Shown in pieces: positions 1-11,548 of a stretch of DNA of 64,000 nt. A program made the position numbers and the translations under genes. How positions within the stretch are numbered: the stretch's first letter is position 1; every line of letters begins with the position of its first letter. Source of the DNA: Podarcis muralis (Eukaryota). The stretch covers positions 17,236,001-17,300,000 of the forward strand of contig NC_135667.1 in assembly GCF_964188315.1 (NCBI RefSeq), read 5' to 3'. Under the pieces are notes generated by a model. The model made no database searches. It was not told the DNA's origin and saw only the letters and a program-made list of their open reading frames with translations.

Positions 1-890
1 GAAGCTTGGCCACTTCAACTGGAGACTGCATGTGAACAAAAGGTGTTTTTTTTTAAAAGTCGAGGAACAGAGCCCTTCTCCTTTATGGAGTAGGACTTGA
101 ATAAATGAATATACTTGAGTTGGAGTCTGTTATAGGGAGACATGTTTTATTATATCCTTAAGCAAATTTTCTGCAATGGGTCAACCTTTGGGCAAAATCT
201 CTTTTCATTTTATGGATTCCCCTTTTTCTGCACAATAGGAACTGGTGATACTTATCATCAAAGCAAAGGCCAGTTAATCCAAAATAGGAGTTAAAGGTGA
301 TGGCAAATGAGTTAAGTGCAAACTGCCATTCACACTGCATTCAGAAGTTCTGCTGTTACTTATTTTGCTAATGTGAGCCCATGATGTTTTCAGGAAAGAT
401 AGGGCATTAAAATTGGGTTGTGAGGATTCCAAGTTCCGTTTTGACAGATAGATTTAAAGCTGAGTTATTAATCACACGTGTCAACAATTTTAATTGCAAG
501 ACCTCATAATACAGCTTAAGATTTGGGGCACCAAAAGCTCCCTTAGTTCTCGGTCGATACAGGGTTAGACAGTTCATCCTGCTCCTTTTACCTCCTGAAA
601 TAAAAATACTAATAATCAAATGTTGCCATCCATCCAGCTGAGGACAAGGGATATGTATGGGCAGTTTCAGAAAGAAAAATAGAAATTTAGGAAGCATTCA
701 CATCTTCAGTGCTGCAATTTGGTCTAACCAACTTAAATTTAAATGCTTCCAAGAGCAGAGCTCTTCTGTGGTCTTTTTATGGAGATTCCCTAAATTTCTT
801 TGGCAGAGTACCTTCCTTTGGTATAATGATACCAAGATACCTAATTATTCCATATAACAATTTGGAATGGTATCTTTGAGTCCCCTCTAA
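1..890 (-). mobile_element. Degraded L1/Tx1-type LINE ORF2 fragment (RT thumb and downstream region)
   Basis: Minus-strand translation gives IIRYLGIIIPK, LSWLDQIAALKMNVLPKFLFFFLKLPIHIP and LYRPRTKGAFGAPNLKLYY, matching L1-clade ORF2 motifs (KYLGI; KMNxLPRFLY; GGLGxPNLxLYY). Stops and frameshifts are present. Confidence 0.75.
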
Positions 891-1002
891 GCAGGCAGTT
901 TTGTATTTGTGGGGTGGGATTCTGTGGCAGAAGGCATTCAGGCTAGTCCTTTAAAGCCTTTTAAGCACCCCTTTTTTACATATTTAAAGATTTAGTCAAG
1001 TA

Positions 1003-1636
1003 CAGTGGTACCTTGGTTCTCAAACGCCTTGGTACTCAAACGCTTGGTTCCCAAATGCTGAAAACCCAGAAGTGTTTCGGTTTTCGAAGATGCAGTTGTC
1101 AGCTATTGTTTCCGAGGTGCTTGCACCAATCAGAAGCTGTGCCTTGGTTTTCGAACATTTTGGAAGTCAAACGGACTTCCAGAATGGATCAGGTTTGACG
1201 CTTTTGTTTATGCTATTTATTTTGAGTTTTTGTTTTTGAGGCTTTTTCAGTTAATTTGTCTTTGTGACTGTGTGGAACCCATTTCAACTACTGATTGATT
1301 GTGTGACTGTGGAAATAGATAAAAGATCCAAACAATGACTACAGTATCTTCAGTGCAGGTAAGATAATTTTTTTTAAAAAAAATTATCATCTACAATACT
1401 GTCATTCATTTTATAGTACAGTACATTGAATATTGCTTTCATTTTATGGATCAATGGTCTCATTAGATAGTAAAATTCATGTTAAATTGCTGTTTTGGGA
1501 GTTGTTTTTAAAAGTCTGGAATGGATTGAGCTGTTTTGCATTACTTTCTATGGGAAAGTGTGGTTTGGTTTTGGAACACTTTGGTTTTGGAACGGACTTC
1601 TGGAACGGATTAAGTTTGAGAACCAAGGTACCACTG
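1003..1636. mobile_element. Non-autonomous Tc1/mariner-pogo (Tigger-like) element
   Basis: TIRs CAGTGGTACCTTGGTTCTCAAAC ... GTTTGAGAACCAAGGTACCACTG, flanked by TA on both sides. Confidence 0.85.
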
Positions 1637-3237
1637 TACAACTATGTTGCCATAGAAACAACTAGCAAGTGATACCTCCAGAAAGAGAGGATAACAGGGC
1701 TTCCCCACCATGTCATTCTAGGGATAGGAGAGTAGGAGAGCAATAGGTCATGTTTAAAGTCTTTAAGATAATGCAAGGCTATCTTTAAAAAAACAACAAC
1801 CAAAAAACCATTTTCTTGGCTGTGCACTGGAGCTTGTTTATCTCATTAGGCTCTTGTAAGGAAAGAGAAATTAATATGTAGATGATGAATTATATCCACC
1901 TGGGCAAGTGGAAACACTTCTTGGTCAAGCATGGCAGGGCACCCAATTTTTGTTCGACTTCCTCCACCCCTCTGCGGTCCCTCTTTGCCATATCCCAAAT
2001 TACTCTGGAATATTCTCCAACTCTCAGGATCAGCTCTTCTGGGTCAGCATGGCTCTACAGTGGACAGTGGACACCACACACACAACACAAATACATACCC
2101 GAAATGTTAAGAACCTTTATAACAAAGGTACCATGACATAAGACATTCAACGAACTACAGCTTTCAAAAGAACACACAATATCTAGTTTGTTTTTTTAAA
2201 AAAGGGGTGTTTCATGAAATTGGGATCACCAACACACAGCCCAGCAAGAATATATTGGTGCTAGTTAGTTAATCAAAACACACATCAAGCAGTCTGTGTT
2301 CCAGTTTTAAGAACATAAGATCATAGCTGTCCACGTTTCCCTTTTTTATAGGGAAATTCCCTTATTCCGAATAGGATTCCTTGCAAGATCAGACCAATGG
2401 GTTTCCTATTTCAGCAAGACCTGAGCACAACAGAACTCCCCTCTCCCTGCAGTTTCCAGCAACTGACATTACTGCCTCTGATCAGGGCTAGTAGTTTTCT
2501 TACATTAACATCATCTTTAGCCCTTTTCATTATTGGTGGTGGTTGGGTTCTTTCTGGTTTTTTTTTTTTTTTTAAGCAAACGAGCTTTTTGCAATTTTTG
2601 CTGCCATCATGTGGCAGTTTACACTCATTGCAGAAACCCCATTGTTTTAACTCATGCGAGATTTTGAATTTCCCGCGCCGCCGAGTCGTTGTGGCGGGGA
2701 ATTAAACCACGCCCTTCCACCTCCATCTGCTTCTCTTTGTTCTCGGGTCAGCATGGCGGAAGCCAGTGCAGCATTCAGATCTCGTTTTTTATCGTTTTTA
2801 AGAGTAGGTTTAAGCACAGCTGAAGATGGAAGAGTGCGCTTAGGAAGAACCAGAAAAAAACACTTGAGAGGGGGAGGCTATATTCCCCAAGCGCAGAAGC
2901 ACCAATTATTTTCCTGAAAGAAAATGGGGACCGCTTTCTCCCAGAAGGCGCTCGAGGGTGGAATTGCAAGTTAAATATCATAAATCACTCGCGGGTAGCC
3001 AACAAAGCAAAGGGTTAAAGCTAGTAACTTTTATAGAAGGGGTTTAGCGTTACTCTTAATAAAGGAAGCCAATCCTAGGTCGGCTGCAACACTCGACTCA
3101 CTTTTACGAGAAATCCTTTTCATTTCCTGTGAAATAATAATGAAGGTAACAAAGTACCGTAACTCAGAATTATTTCCGCATGCAATGTATCAGTATCATA
3201 GATTAGGTGGTTCAGCACTTTTTAAGAAAAAGTGGGT

Positions 3238-3253
3238 GGCCCTGAAAAGGGCC
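3238..3253 (-). terminator. Histone 3' stem-loop (SLBP site) followed by a U7-type histone downstream element
   Basis: Minus strand reads AAAGGCCCTTTTCAGGGCCACCCA, the canonical 6-bp stem/4-nt loop, about 50 nt after the H4 stop, followed by purine-rich AAAAAGTGCTG. Confidence 0.93.
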
Positions 3254-3303
3254 TTTGGGTTTTTTGTTTTGTTTTAAGTAGTTTCAAGAACCAAGAAATC
3301 CCC

Positions 3304-3663
<360 letters not shown>

Positions 3664-3668
3664 TCACC

Positions 3669-3702
3669 TTTTATAGTCTGATATCGGACCAGAGTGGAAA
3701 CC
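3669..3702 (-). promoter_or_regulatory. H4 proximal promoter: TATA box and H4 site II (GGTCCG, HiNF-P type) element
   Basis: Minus strand GGTTTCCACTCTGGTCCGATATCAGACTATAAAAGG closely resembles the vertebrate H4 cell-cycle element GGTTTTCAATCTGGTCCGATA followed by TATAAA. Confidence 0.85.
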
Positions 3703-3775
3703 TGCACGAGAAATATATAAGCTCCGCCTCCCACTTGTTCCCCGCGTGTTGGAAACGCCCATGAATTCTCAGTAA

Positions 3776-3834
3776 CCAATCAGCAGAACCATGGAAGCTG
3801 TCCAATCAGACCTCGTGGAGAAGTATCCAATCAG
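3776..3834 (+). promoter_or_regulatory. Three CCAATCAG (NF-Y) boxes
   Basis: CCAATCAG at 3776, 3802 and 3827 (spacing 26 and 25 bp), upstream of the H4 promoter. Confidence 0.7.
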
Positions 3835-5121
3835 AGCTCGAGTCCGGGGAAAGCCTTATTCGAGCTTGGTTATTGCGGGCTTAGATTCCAAAAGCGTCGC
3901 TCAGCTCAATGAATGGGGCGAATGCAGCCTCCATTGTGCTTCTTAACAGCTCAGTTGCACGGCATGTGTTCAGTGGGGTTTACAGTCAGGTAAGGATTGC
4001 AACCTAGAGATAGAGGAGCCTGCCTTCTCGTCTTCGGCCTGGAAACTCCAAGAAACTACGTGGCTTAATTCTCCCACGCGTCTGACATACATACCTGCTA
4101 ACGCGGCAACGAAGCTCCAGTCCCGAACACTCCGGGGGCGCCGGGGGTTTTGCGGGGGAGCGATCCTGAAGCAGAAACTTTCCATTCGAAATGAGTCTCT
4201 TGCAGGAGTTCTAGCTTGGCCCGCGGCTGCAGCGTGCATTGCCCTGGCCTTGGAATTTGTGTCTGGGCCCCTTCATGGGGAATTTTGTGAATGCTAGGAC
4301 ACACAGGGATCCGGCACCTATGGTCTACTGTGTGTTTCTAAAACTAGCGATTCGTTTTGCTTAAGGGGAGGAGTGGATAAAGCGGGGTTTTAAAAATAAC
4401 CTTATCTCACAAAAGAAGCGACTGGGGAAAACACATACGGGAGAGTGTTAGCGGACGGTGGCTGGCTCACAGCAGTGCCTCTCCCATTTTACGTGAAGAT
4501 TAATAGAATGTTAAACTCCCCGCGCTGTGATCATTCGGAGGAGAAGCCGAGAGATCCTGATGGCCAATCACATCAGGACGCGGGATTTTATGTTTTTAAG
4601 GACCCGTTTCTTTGGCATGATTCATTTTGTCTGTGCCCTTCCTTCCAGGCGGACTAGTATAACCGCCCTCCCTCAACAAAGGGGAGCCGTTCTCCAGTCG
4701 CCATTTTAGCCTGCGTTTCATCAGCTGTTCCCAATCCTATTCGCTCACACCAGCCTCCCTTACTCGGTTTGGCGTGTCGTTGCACAATCCTGGTTGCTGA
4801 AGATGGTTTAATATATTACTGGATGCAAATTTGTTGCCCTCTACATACATGCAAGTTATTTTTCTCACCAGTAGGGCTTTCACCGCTTTTTTTGGTCAGC
4901 CTAGTTTGCTATTCCAGATATTTTGGACCACAACTCCCTGGCATTACCTACTACTGGGCATGCTGGCTGCTTGGGACAGAACATTCTAGAGCAGCCTTCC
5001 TCCATCTGGTAGTGGCTAAGACGCTTCGGTACAAGAACTTGTGTTTGGAATAATTTTCAGAGAAGTATCTGTATTAGTCAGCTGCAGCAAAATGAGTTTT
5101 GTGGAACTTTAAAGACTAGTA

Positions 5122-6026
5122 CAGCGGTACCTCGGGTTACATACGCTTCAGGTTACACACTCTGCTAACCCAGAAATAGTGCTTCAGGTTAAGACCTTTG
5201 CTTCAGGATAAGAACAGAAATCGTGCTCTGGCGGAGCGGCGGCAGCAAGAGGCCCCATTAGCTAAAGTGGTGCTTCAGGTTAAGAACAGACCTCCGGAAC
5301 GAATTAAGTACTTAAGCCGAGGTACTGAGGCAAGGAAGAAGAGCTACCCCTATGCTATCCATATAATCAGTTATCAGTAATCAATATATTCATATATGCT
5401 CACACATAATCAGGGCTTACAGTATTTTATAATCCATTTTGAATCAAAGGGAAGCTGTGCCTTAGCTAACTGCAAACTGCTTGAAACAGCAAAGTTAGGA
5501 GCCGACCTTTCCCCTACAAACATCCGTGTACCCTGGACAAGGGGAAGACGTGAATCAGAGATACTGGTACAAAATCCCCTCAGATACAGGCTAAATTAAT
5601 CCACAGAACAGGAAGAGCAAAACCACAAAATCTCCAAACTCCCTGTCCTGTCATAACTAGGGGAGAGGTTAGACAGAGCGTCACTGCAAGCATCGGAAAG
5701 CAGAACTAGAACTCCGTGCTTGACCAGTGCTTGACCAGGAGCTGGTAGCGTGGCAAGAAGCTTGCTAATTGGCTAATTTTCGCTGACAATATCATGAGTC
5801 CCTCATGGTTGTCTCATGATCTATGATTTGCTGTGATCTGCTCAGGTATAAAGACCTCTGGATTTCTGTCAATCGGGGTCCCAGTTCCTTTTGGAAGGGA
5901 TTCCAAACTGGGTCCTTATTGCCTGGCAATAAACTTCACCTTCTTATTCTCCATTGCTGAGTCTGCCTAATCCTTATTTGGCACCAAGCAAGTACCTGCT
6001 TACGTTCACGTGCTTCAGTACCACTG
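5122..6026. mobile_element. Tc1/pogo-type MITE (about 210 bp) split by an LTR insertion in its right TIR
   Basis: Starts TA|CAGCGGTACCTCGGGTTA. The right TIR ...CCGAGGTAC is interrupted at 5325 and resumes as GTACCACTG|TA at 6018-6028. Same family as 20018-20255 and 40428-40653. Confidence 0.85.
5326..6017 (+). mobile_element. Solo LTR of a class I-like endogenous retrovirus (692 bp)
   Basis: TG...CA termini, 4-bp TSD GTAC (5322-5325 and 6018-6021), internal TATAAA (5847) and AATAAA (5928); near-identical copy at 11549-12229. Confidence 0.92.
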
Positions 6027-6563
6027 TAAATGTATTGCCATAATAGTTGTGTTAGTCTTTAAGGTGCCACAAGACTTGCATGTGTTTGTTTGTTTGTTTG
6101 TTTGTTTGTGTGTGTGTTTGTTTGTGTGTTGCACAAATAAAAAAGCACTGCCATTGATACTTACTTTTCTTTTTTAATTACATTGCTGTGAATTTCTTCT
6201 TTACTTGTACAGACACAAATGTCTATATCTGTGGCCAAATCATGCCCAGAAAGAAGACCCGTCGTTCCCCACATCTAACCTCCCTTTTCAATTCATAATC
6301 CCCTAGGTTCTTCTTTGAAACATCCAGTACCCCATAATCCTGCTTCCCAAACACTTGCAGCCCTTTCTTCCATGTAGCCTTTCACATCCTGCTCCCTGGC
6401 ATGCTTCAGATGTCTCTTCCAAAATGGCGCATTCTTTTTCCCCACCAGAGAGTTCTGAGCCTTGGTCCTAAATATACTGTATCAGAGAGTCCCTAACTCA
6501 TGTCAGCACCCTCTAAAAAAGGAACATTGTGTGTTACATTCCTATTTCCGGATATCTGTAGCA

Positions 6564-7291
6564 CAGTGGTTTTCAACCAGTGTGCTGTGGCACCCTGGGG
6601 TGCCTTGGATGATGGTCAGGGGTGCCGCGGGCAATGCTGGCCTCTGTCCCTCTTTCCTCCCTTCCTCTGAAGCCCTCTTGCATCTCAGCCTCCCAAAGGC
6701 TTGCACAGCTATTGCAGCAGCCCTGGCTCCAAGCTTCCCAGGCAAATGGTGCCTCTGGGGCTGGCCAGGGGGTGCATCCTATGCCCTTGTGGGGCAGTGT
6801 GAGGAGGCACCTCCCTTTGGGGCAGGGGGGGCAGCTCAGAGACCAGGGGCGGCAATAGCAGCTGCCTGGAGGACTCATAAGGTGAGGGAGAGGAGAGGAA
6901 GTTGAGGGAACACACAACAAGGGAGTATGTTTGAAATGGGGTGAGGGGCTGCCGGCTCTGCAGGCAAAGGCTGACATAACTCGGCTCCTGGGGTGCTGCA
7001 GAAACAATGTACAGTTGTACCTTGGATCTCGAACGCCTTGGTACTTGGACGTTTTGGCTCCTAAACACCGCAAACCAGAAGTGAGTGTTCTGTTTTGCAA
7101 ATGTTCTTTGGAACCCGAACAAGGGGCTTCTGATTGGCTGCAGGAGCTTCCTGCAACCACTCAGAAGCCACACTTTGGTTTCTGAACGTTTTGGAAGTCG
7201 AACGGACTTCCAGAACGGATTCTATCAACTTCCAAGGTATGACTGTAGTTAGTCAAGGGAGATGTGGACTCAAAAAGGTTGAGAACCTCTG
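6564..7291. mobile_element. hAT-Charlie-like non-autonomous element carrying a nested MITE
   Basis: TIRs CAGTGGTTTTCAACC / GGTTGAGAACCTCTG; 8-bp TSD CTGTAGCA vs TTGTAGCA (7/8). Confidence 0.75.
7012..7245. mobile_element. Tc1/pogo-type MITE nested in the hAT element
   Basis: TA|CAGTTGTACCTTGG ... CCAAGGTATGACTG|TA; internal sequence shared with 1003-1636. Confidence 0.75.
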
Positions 7292-7799
7292 TTGTAGCAA
7301 CAGACCCCATAATTCACTCTGTGTTGCTTGCCAGAGAAAGAGTGGGTCTTGTTGTAGAACTGGCAATAAGGGGGGGAATCAAGAGGGAAAGAGGCCCTTT
7401 TGCCATTGACCTGGTAGCAATGAGGTTCCTTTCTCAGCAGCATTCCTCAAAGCAGAATCCAATGTGATAAAGAAGGGCAGCCTTTGCTAACAAAGAGATA
7501 GGATCTGTCTTGGATGCCTGCAAGGCATGTTGTGGCTGGTTCTGCAAGGATTCCTCTTTCAGCTGTGCTTTCAACTGTCACACAACAGGGCAGGACAAAA
7601 TGTCCCGAGCCATACAAAATCGTAATACACAGATGAAAAATTACCAACAAAAAAAACATGAAGCGTATCACAATATAAAATCCCAATATGGTTTGTAGAG
7701 TTACATCCATTAATTCTGCTCCATGCCTAAAGATGATGTGGTTTATCTCATCATGGGGTAGATTGGGAATGTACACTGAAGTGTACCTTACAACCTGAC

Positions 7800-7905
7800 T
7801 TACTGAAGTGGGGGAGATATATTTATATTTCCATACTATGTAGAGATGCAGGAGACTGAACCCGGGACCTTTTGCATGCAAAGCAGGTGCTGAACCACTG
7901 ATCCC
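7800..7905 (-). mobile_element. Degenerate tRNA-derived SINE head (Squam-type)
   Basis: Reverse complement contains CAGTGGTTCAGCACCTGCTTTGCATGCAAAAGGTCCCGGGTTCAGTC (A and B box remnants); related to 20395-20510. Confidence 0.5.
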
Positions 7906-8796
7906 TTTGTTATGGACCAGTTGCTCCTCCCCATGGCTACTTACCGTTACGGAGGTGGTTTGTTTGCTTGCAAAAACAAGAGAGGACAGGGCTATTGCGC
8001 CCTCCCTTCGTCTTTAATGTGCCACAAGAGTCTATGTTGCTTTTGCTACCTTACAGGGTTGTTGTAAGGGTGAGAAGTATCAGGATTTAAGTAAATAAAA
8101 GGGAGCGAAGGAGTTGGGTGCTACGAAGGGATTTGTCGTTAAGTACGGCGAATCGTAAGCTGAAGAGGTGTGAGGCAGAGCACGACACTTGGGGGGCTCT
8201 GATAAAAGAGTAGACTCTAGAAGATTTGGAGAGGTGCTTCAGGATTCCTGGTCGCCCCCCCCCCCCCGCTTTCTTTTAACTCTCCTCCAGCCGCCCAAAG
8301 CGTGGGAAAACTGGAGAGGGCGAGGGAAAGGAGAGTTTAATTCCTGCTTTGCAAAGCTGAGCAATCGGATCAGAAAAACGGCTAGCGATTACTATTGTAT
8401 CCAGATACGAGCGCTTGGGGCGCATCTCCATCCGGAGTGAGTACTGCATGTGATCCCCTCTCCGCCCCTCCCCACTTATCCATCATGCTTTGTTTCCAGC
8501 ACGTTTCCTCCTGTGGAGAGCGCGAGAGATCCCTTCCCCTGATCTGTCTCCTGCAATGGAAAAGCTCCAGCCGCTGCCCCATCTCGCTTGCTGGCCGGGA
8601 TCCCCCTTCCTTGACTGTATCGGGGTCCGCAGTCGCTGCTGCCCTGAGGGGAGGCGCTGGGGCTGCAGGCGGGAGAGGTGGGGGGTGGGGTGGGTTGACG
8701 TCTCCAGGTAGCCCCCGCGGTGAAACACACCCACTTCATTGCCTCTGCCATCTTCCCAGGGGGCAGTGGGAGGGGGGGAAGGTCCTGCAAATAGTA

Positions 8797-9146
8797 AAGG
8801 TAAAGGGACCCCTGACCATTAGGTCCAGGCATGGCCGACTCTGGGGTTGCGGCGCTCATCTCACTTTATCGGCCGAGGGAGCCGGTATACAGCTTCCAGG
8901 TCATGTGGCCAGCATGACCGAGCCACTTCTGGCGAACTAGAGCAGCGCACGGAAACGCCGTTTACCTTCCCGCCGGAGCGGTACCTATTTATCTACTTGC
9001 ACTTTGACTTGCTTTCGAACTGCTAGGTTGGCAGGAGCAGGGACCGAGCAACGGAAGTTCACCCCGTCGCATGGATTCGAACCGCCGACCTTCTGATCGG
9101 CAAGCCCTAGGCTCAGTGGTTTAACCCACAGTGCCACCTGCGTCCC
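8797..9146 (-). mobile_element. Full-length Sauria SINE
   Basis: Reverse complement has the tRNA-like head GGGACGCAGGTGGCACTGTGGGTTAAACC...GGTTCGAATCC and the Bov-B-like tail GGGGTCCCTTTACCTTTA; 14-bp TSD TCCTGCAAATAGTA (8783-8796, 9147-9160). Confidence 0.92.
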
Positions 9147-9690
9147 TCCTGCAAATAGTAGGAATGATCAAATTCAGATACACTTGCACTCCCCGCTTGT
9201 GAGCAAAAGCTTTCGCCACGCCCCCTCCTGAAGATCGAAAATGCCCACCCCTGCGTGTCCCTCCACATGCCTTCAGCGTTTGTTGGCGTCCACACCGGAG
9301 AGCAGAACCGCGATGGTCGCTGACCGTGCACGCTTCCTCCCCCATGTAACAACGTGCGGAGTCTGCCTGCAACTCCGGTGCTGCAATCAAGTTGCAGGCC
9401 AGCAGTGCAAAGCAAAGTTTTGGTTTTTCCTGACTATAAAACTATAGGATAGATCTATAGGGGAGCCACGGTGGGAGTCAGTGCGAGGCAGCTTCACGTG
9501 CTCAGAAGAGCACAGTTCAGCCAGGGGTTTGGAGCAAGGGGGGCTTTCTCTGAGGGAAGTCATAAAATTGTAAGGCTGGAAGGAATCCCAAGGGTTATCT
9601 AGTCCAACTCCTGGCTCCAACTCGGTGTAGGTTTTAGATCTGCTTTGCAGACCAATTCAATCCAAAAATTTGAACATGCCTAAAATTCAA

Positions 9691-9867
9691 ACCCTCCTGC
9701 CAACCTAGCAGTTCGAAAGCACGTCAGAGTGCAAGTAGATAAATAGGTGCTGCTCCGGTGGGAAGGTAAACGGCGTTTCTGTGCGCTGCTCTGGTTCACC
9801 AGAAGCAGCTTAGTCATGCTGGCCACATGACCCAGAAGCTGTATCCCTTGGCCAGTAAAGCAAGATG

Positions 9868-9915
<48 letters not shown>

Positions 9916-10029
9916 TTTTATTTATACCCCGCCCTCCCCAGCCAAGGCCGGGCTCAGAGCGGCTAAGAGCTGCAACCCCAGAGTCGGTCACGACCGGACC
10001 TAATGGTCAGGGGTCCCTTTACCTTTTAA
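9691..10029 (+). mobile_element. 5'-truncated Sauria SINE containing an antisense L2/Squam-type 3' tail with (TAA)n
   Basis: Sauria SINE body and tail interrupted at about 9868-9964 by (TAA)15 plus TTTATTTATACCCCGCCCTCCCCAGCC...; flanked by a 28-bp direct repeat (9654-9681, 10030-10057). Confidence 0.8.
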
Positions 10030-11548
10030 AATTCAATCCAAAAGTTTGAACATGCCTCAAAACGGCCAGATCCTTGCCACCTGTCCCCGGTGTTCAATCC
10101 AGGTTCTGGATGAAAGACCCTTGGACAGTGTGCTTTTGATGGGGTCCCATCCTCTTTCCAAGGCATTGTTGCCCACTCACTTGCCTCTGGGCCCAATCCA
10201 CCCAACTCTTTGATGGGGGTGGCAGGAGCGGGGAGAGAAGGTCAATGTTCCTAGAGAAAGCTGCTCCGTCTCCTTGCTCTTGTCATTGCTTGTGTGCTTG
10301 GACAGGTGAACAGGTCAGGTGGCAATTGCAAGCAGGAAGAGCAAAAGGGCCAGGAGGGACAAGGGTGACGCTGGGCCTCCTGGGGCAGGTGGCCCTTGGC
10401 AGGTGCCTGACTCTGCCTGCCCCTGACACCCATGAAGCTTATACCTTAGGATCACCTTGCTCTCCATAACACACAGGCATGGAAAGATAGACAGACAGAC
10501 ACGCACACCAAACAAATGCCCAGCTAGAAGGCTTACATTCCACAGAAGATAAGGAACTGGAATTTGGTCAGGAGCAGGCTTTTATTAGGTTATTTTCAAG
10601 GACCTACCAAGGGCTTAGAGAGAGAGAGAGAGAGAGAGAGAATAAGACTCAACTACTTGCCAGTAAATAATTCCACAGGGGAGAGGGCAGATACTGGAAT
10701 CTGACTTAACGGGGCACATAGGAACCAATCTGTCCTGCCAGGAGGGCACTAGGATGGGCACAAGCAGGCAAAGAAGAATGGAGCGAGGGCAACAGGACTT
10801 TGGCTTAAAAAATAAAATAGGAAAACTGACAACCCAAGCTCTCATCATACTTTTTCGGCTTATGAAAGAGGGTTTTTCCTCTCCAGTGTGTTCTCCAGCA
10901 AAGTCTATGCCTATGGGCAAAGTCTATGCAGGTTCTGGGCTCCCAGGAACTATCAAGTGCATCATTCTTGGAGACCACATTTAAACACAAAGACACACAA
11001 GCCTAGGCAACTCCTGAGCCTCCTCCGTCCAGTCCCCGGACAAGCCAAACCTAAGGATACATTTCTCCAGCTCCCCAATATATTTTTTATGAAATCCAAA
11101 TCATGTTTGCTGAAATATTTCGTGAAATGTTGCCTTCTCCTGAAGATCAAACTCTTTCTGAGGGCTGAACCTTTCCATGAAAGCAGATGCATCCCTTTTA
11201 AGCCTTCAGAAAAGAACATTTGATAGAAATCAACCACACTTACAGCTGGCAAATCAAAACCAGGGGAAATGGTATAGCATCATGAGGGCAGAAGAAAGGG
11301 GAGGTCAAACAATGAGCAGGTCTAGGAAGAAACCTGCTGGCTCCACTATAAGAATGAATGCTTGGTTTGATGCCCCCAGTGCCAGAGGAGCCAGAGGAAG
11401 ACGATGGTTATGAGCGAATGCATAGGGAACCGGTTCCAGTGCAGGAAGAGGCCCCCTTGCAGGAAACAGTGGTTTATTCTGATGTCCAGAGTGGTGTTCA
11501 AGCTCAGGAGTCAGATGAATCTTCTTTCTGAGCTTGAAAAGGGGGGAA

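Noticed and set aside
5396-5599. Identical 67-aa ORFs at 5396 and 11619
   Set aside because: Both lie in the U3 part of the duplicated LTR; identity reflects LTR identity, not selection.
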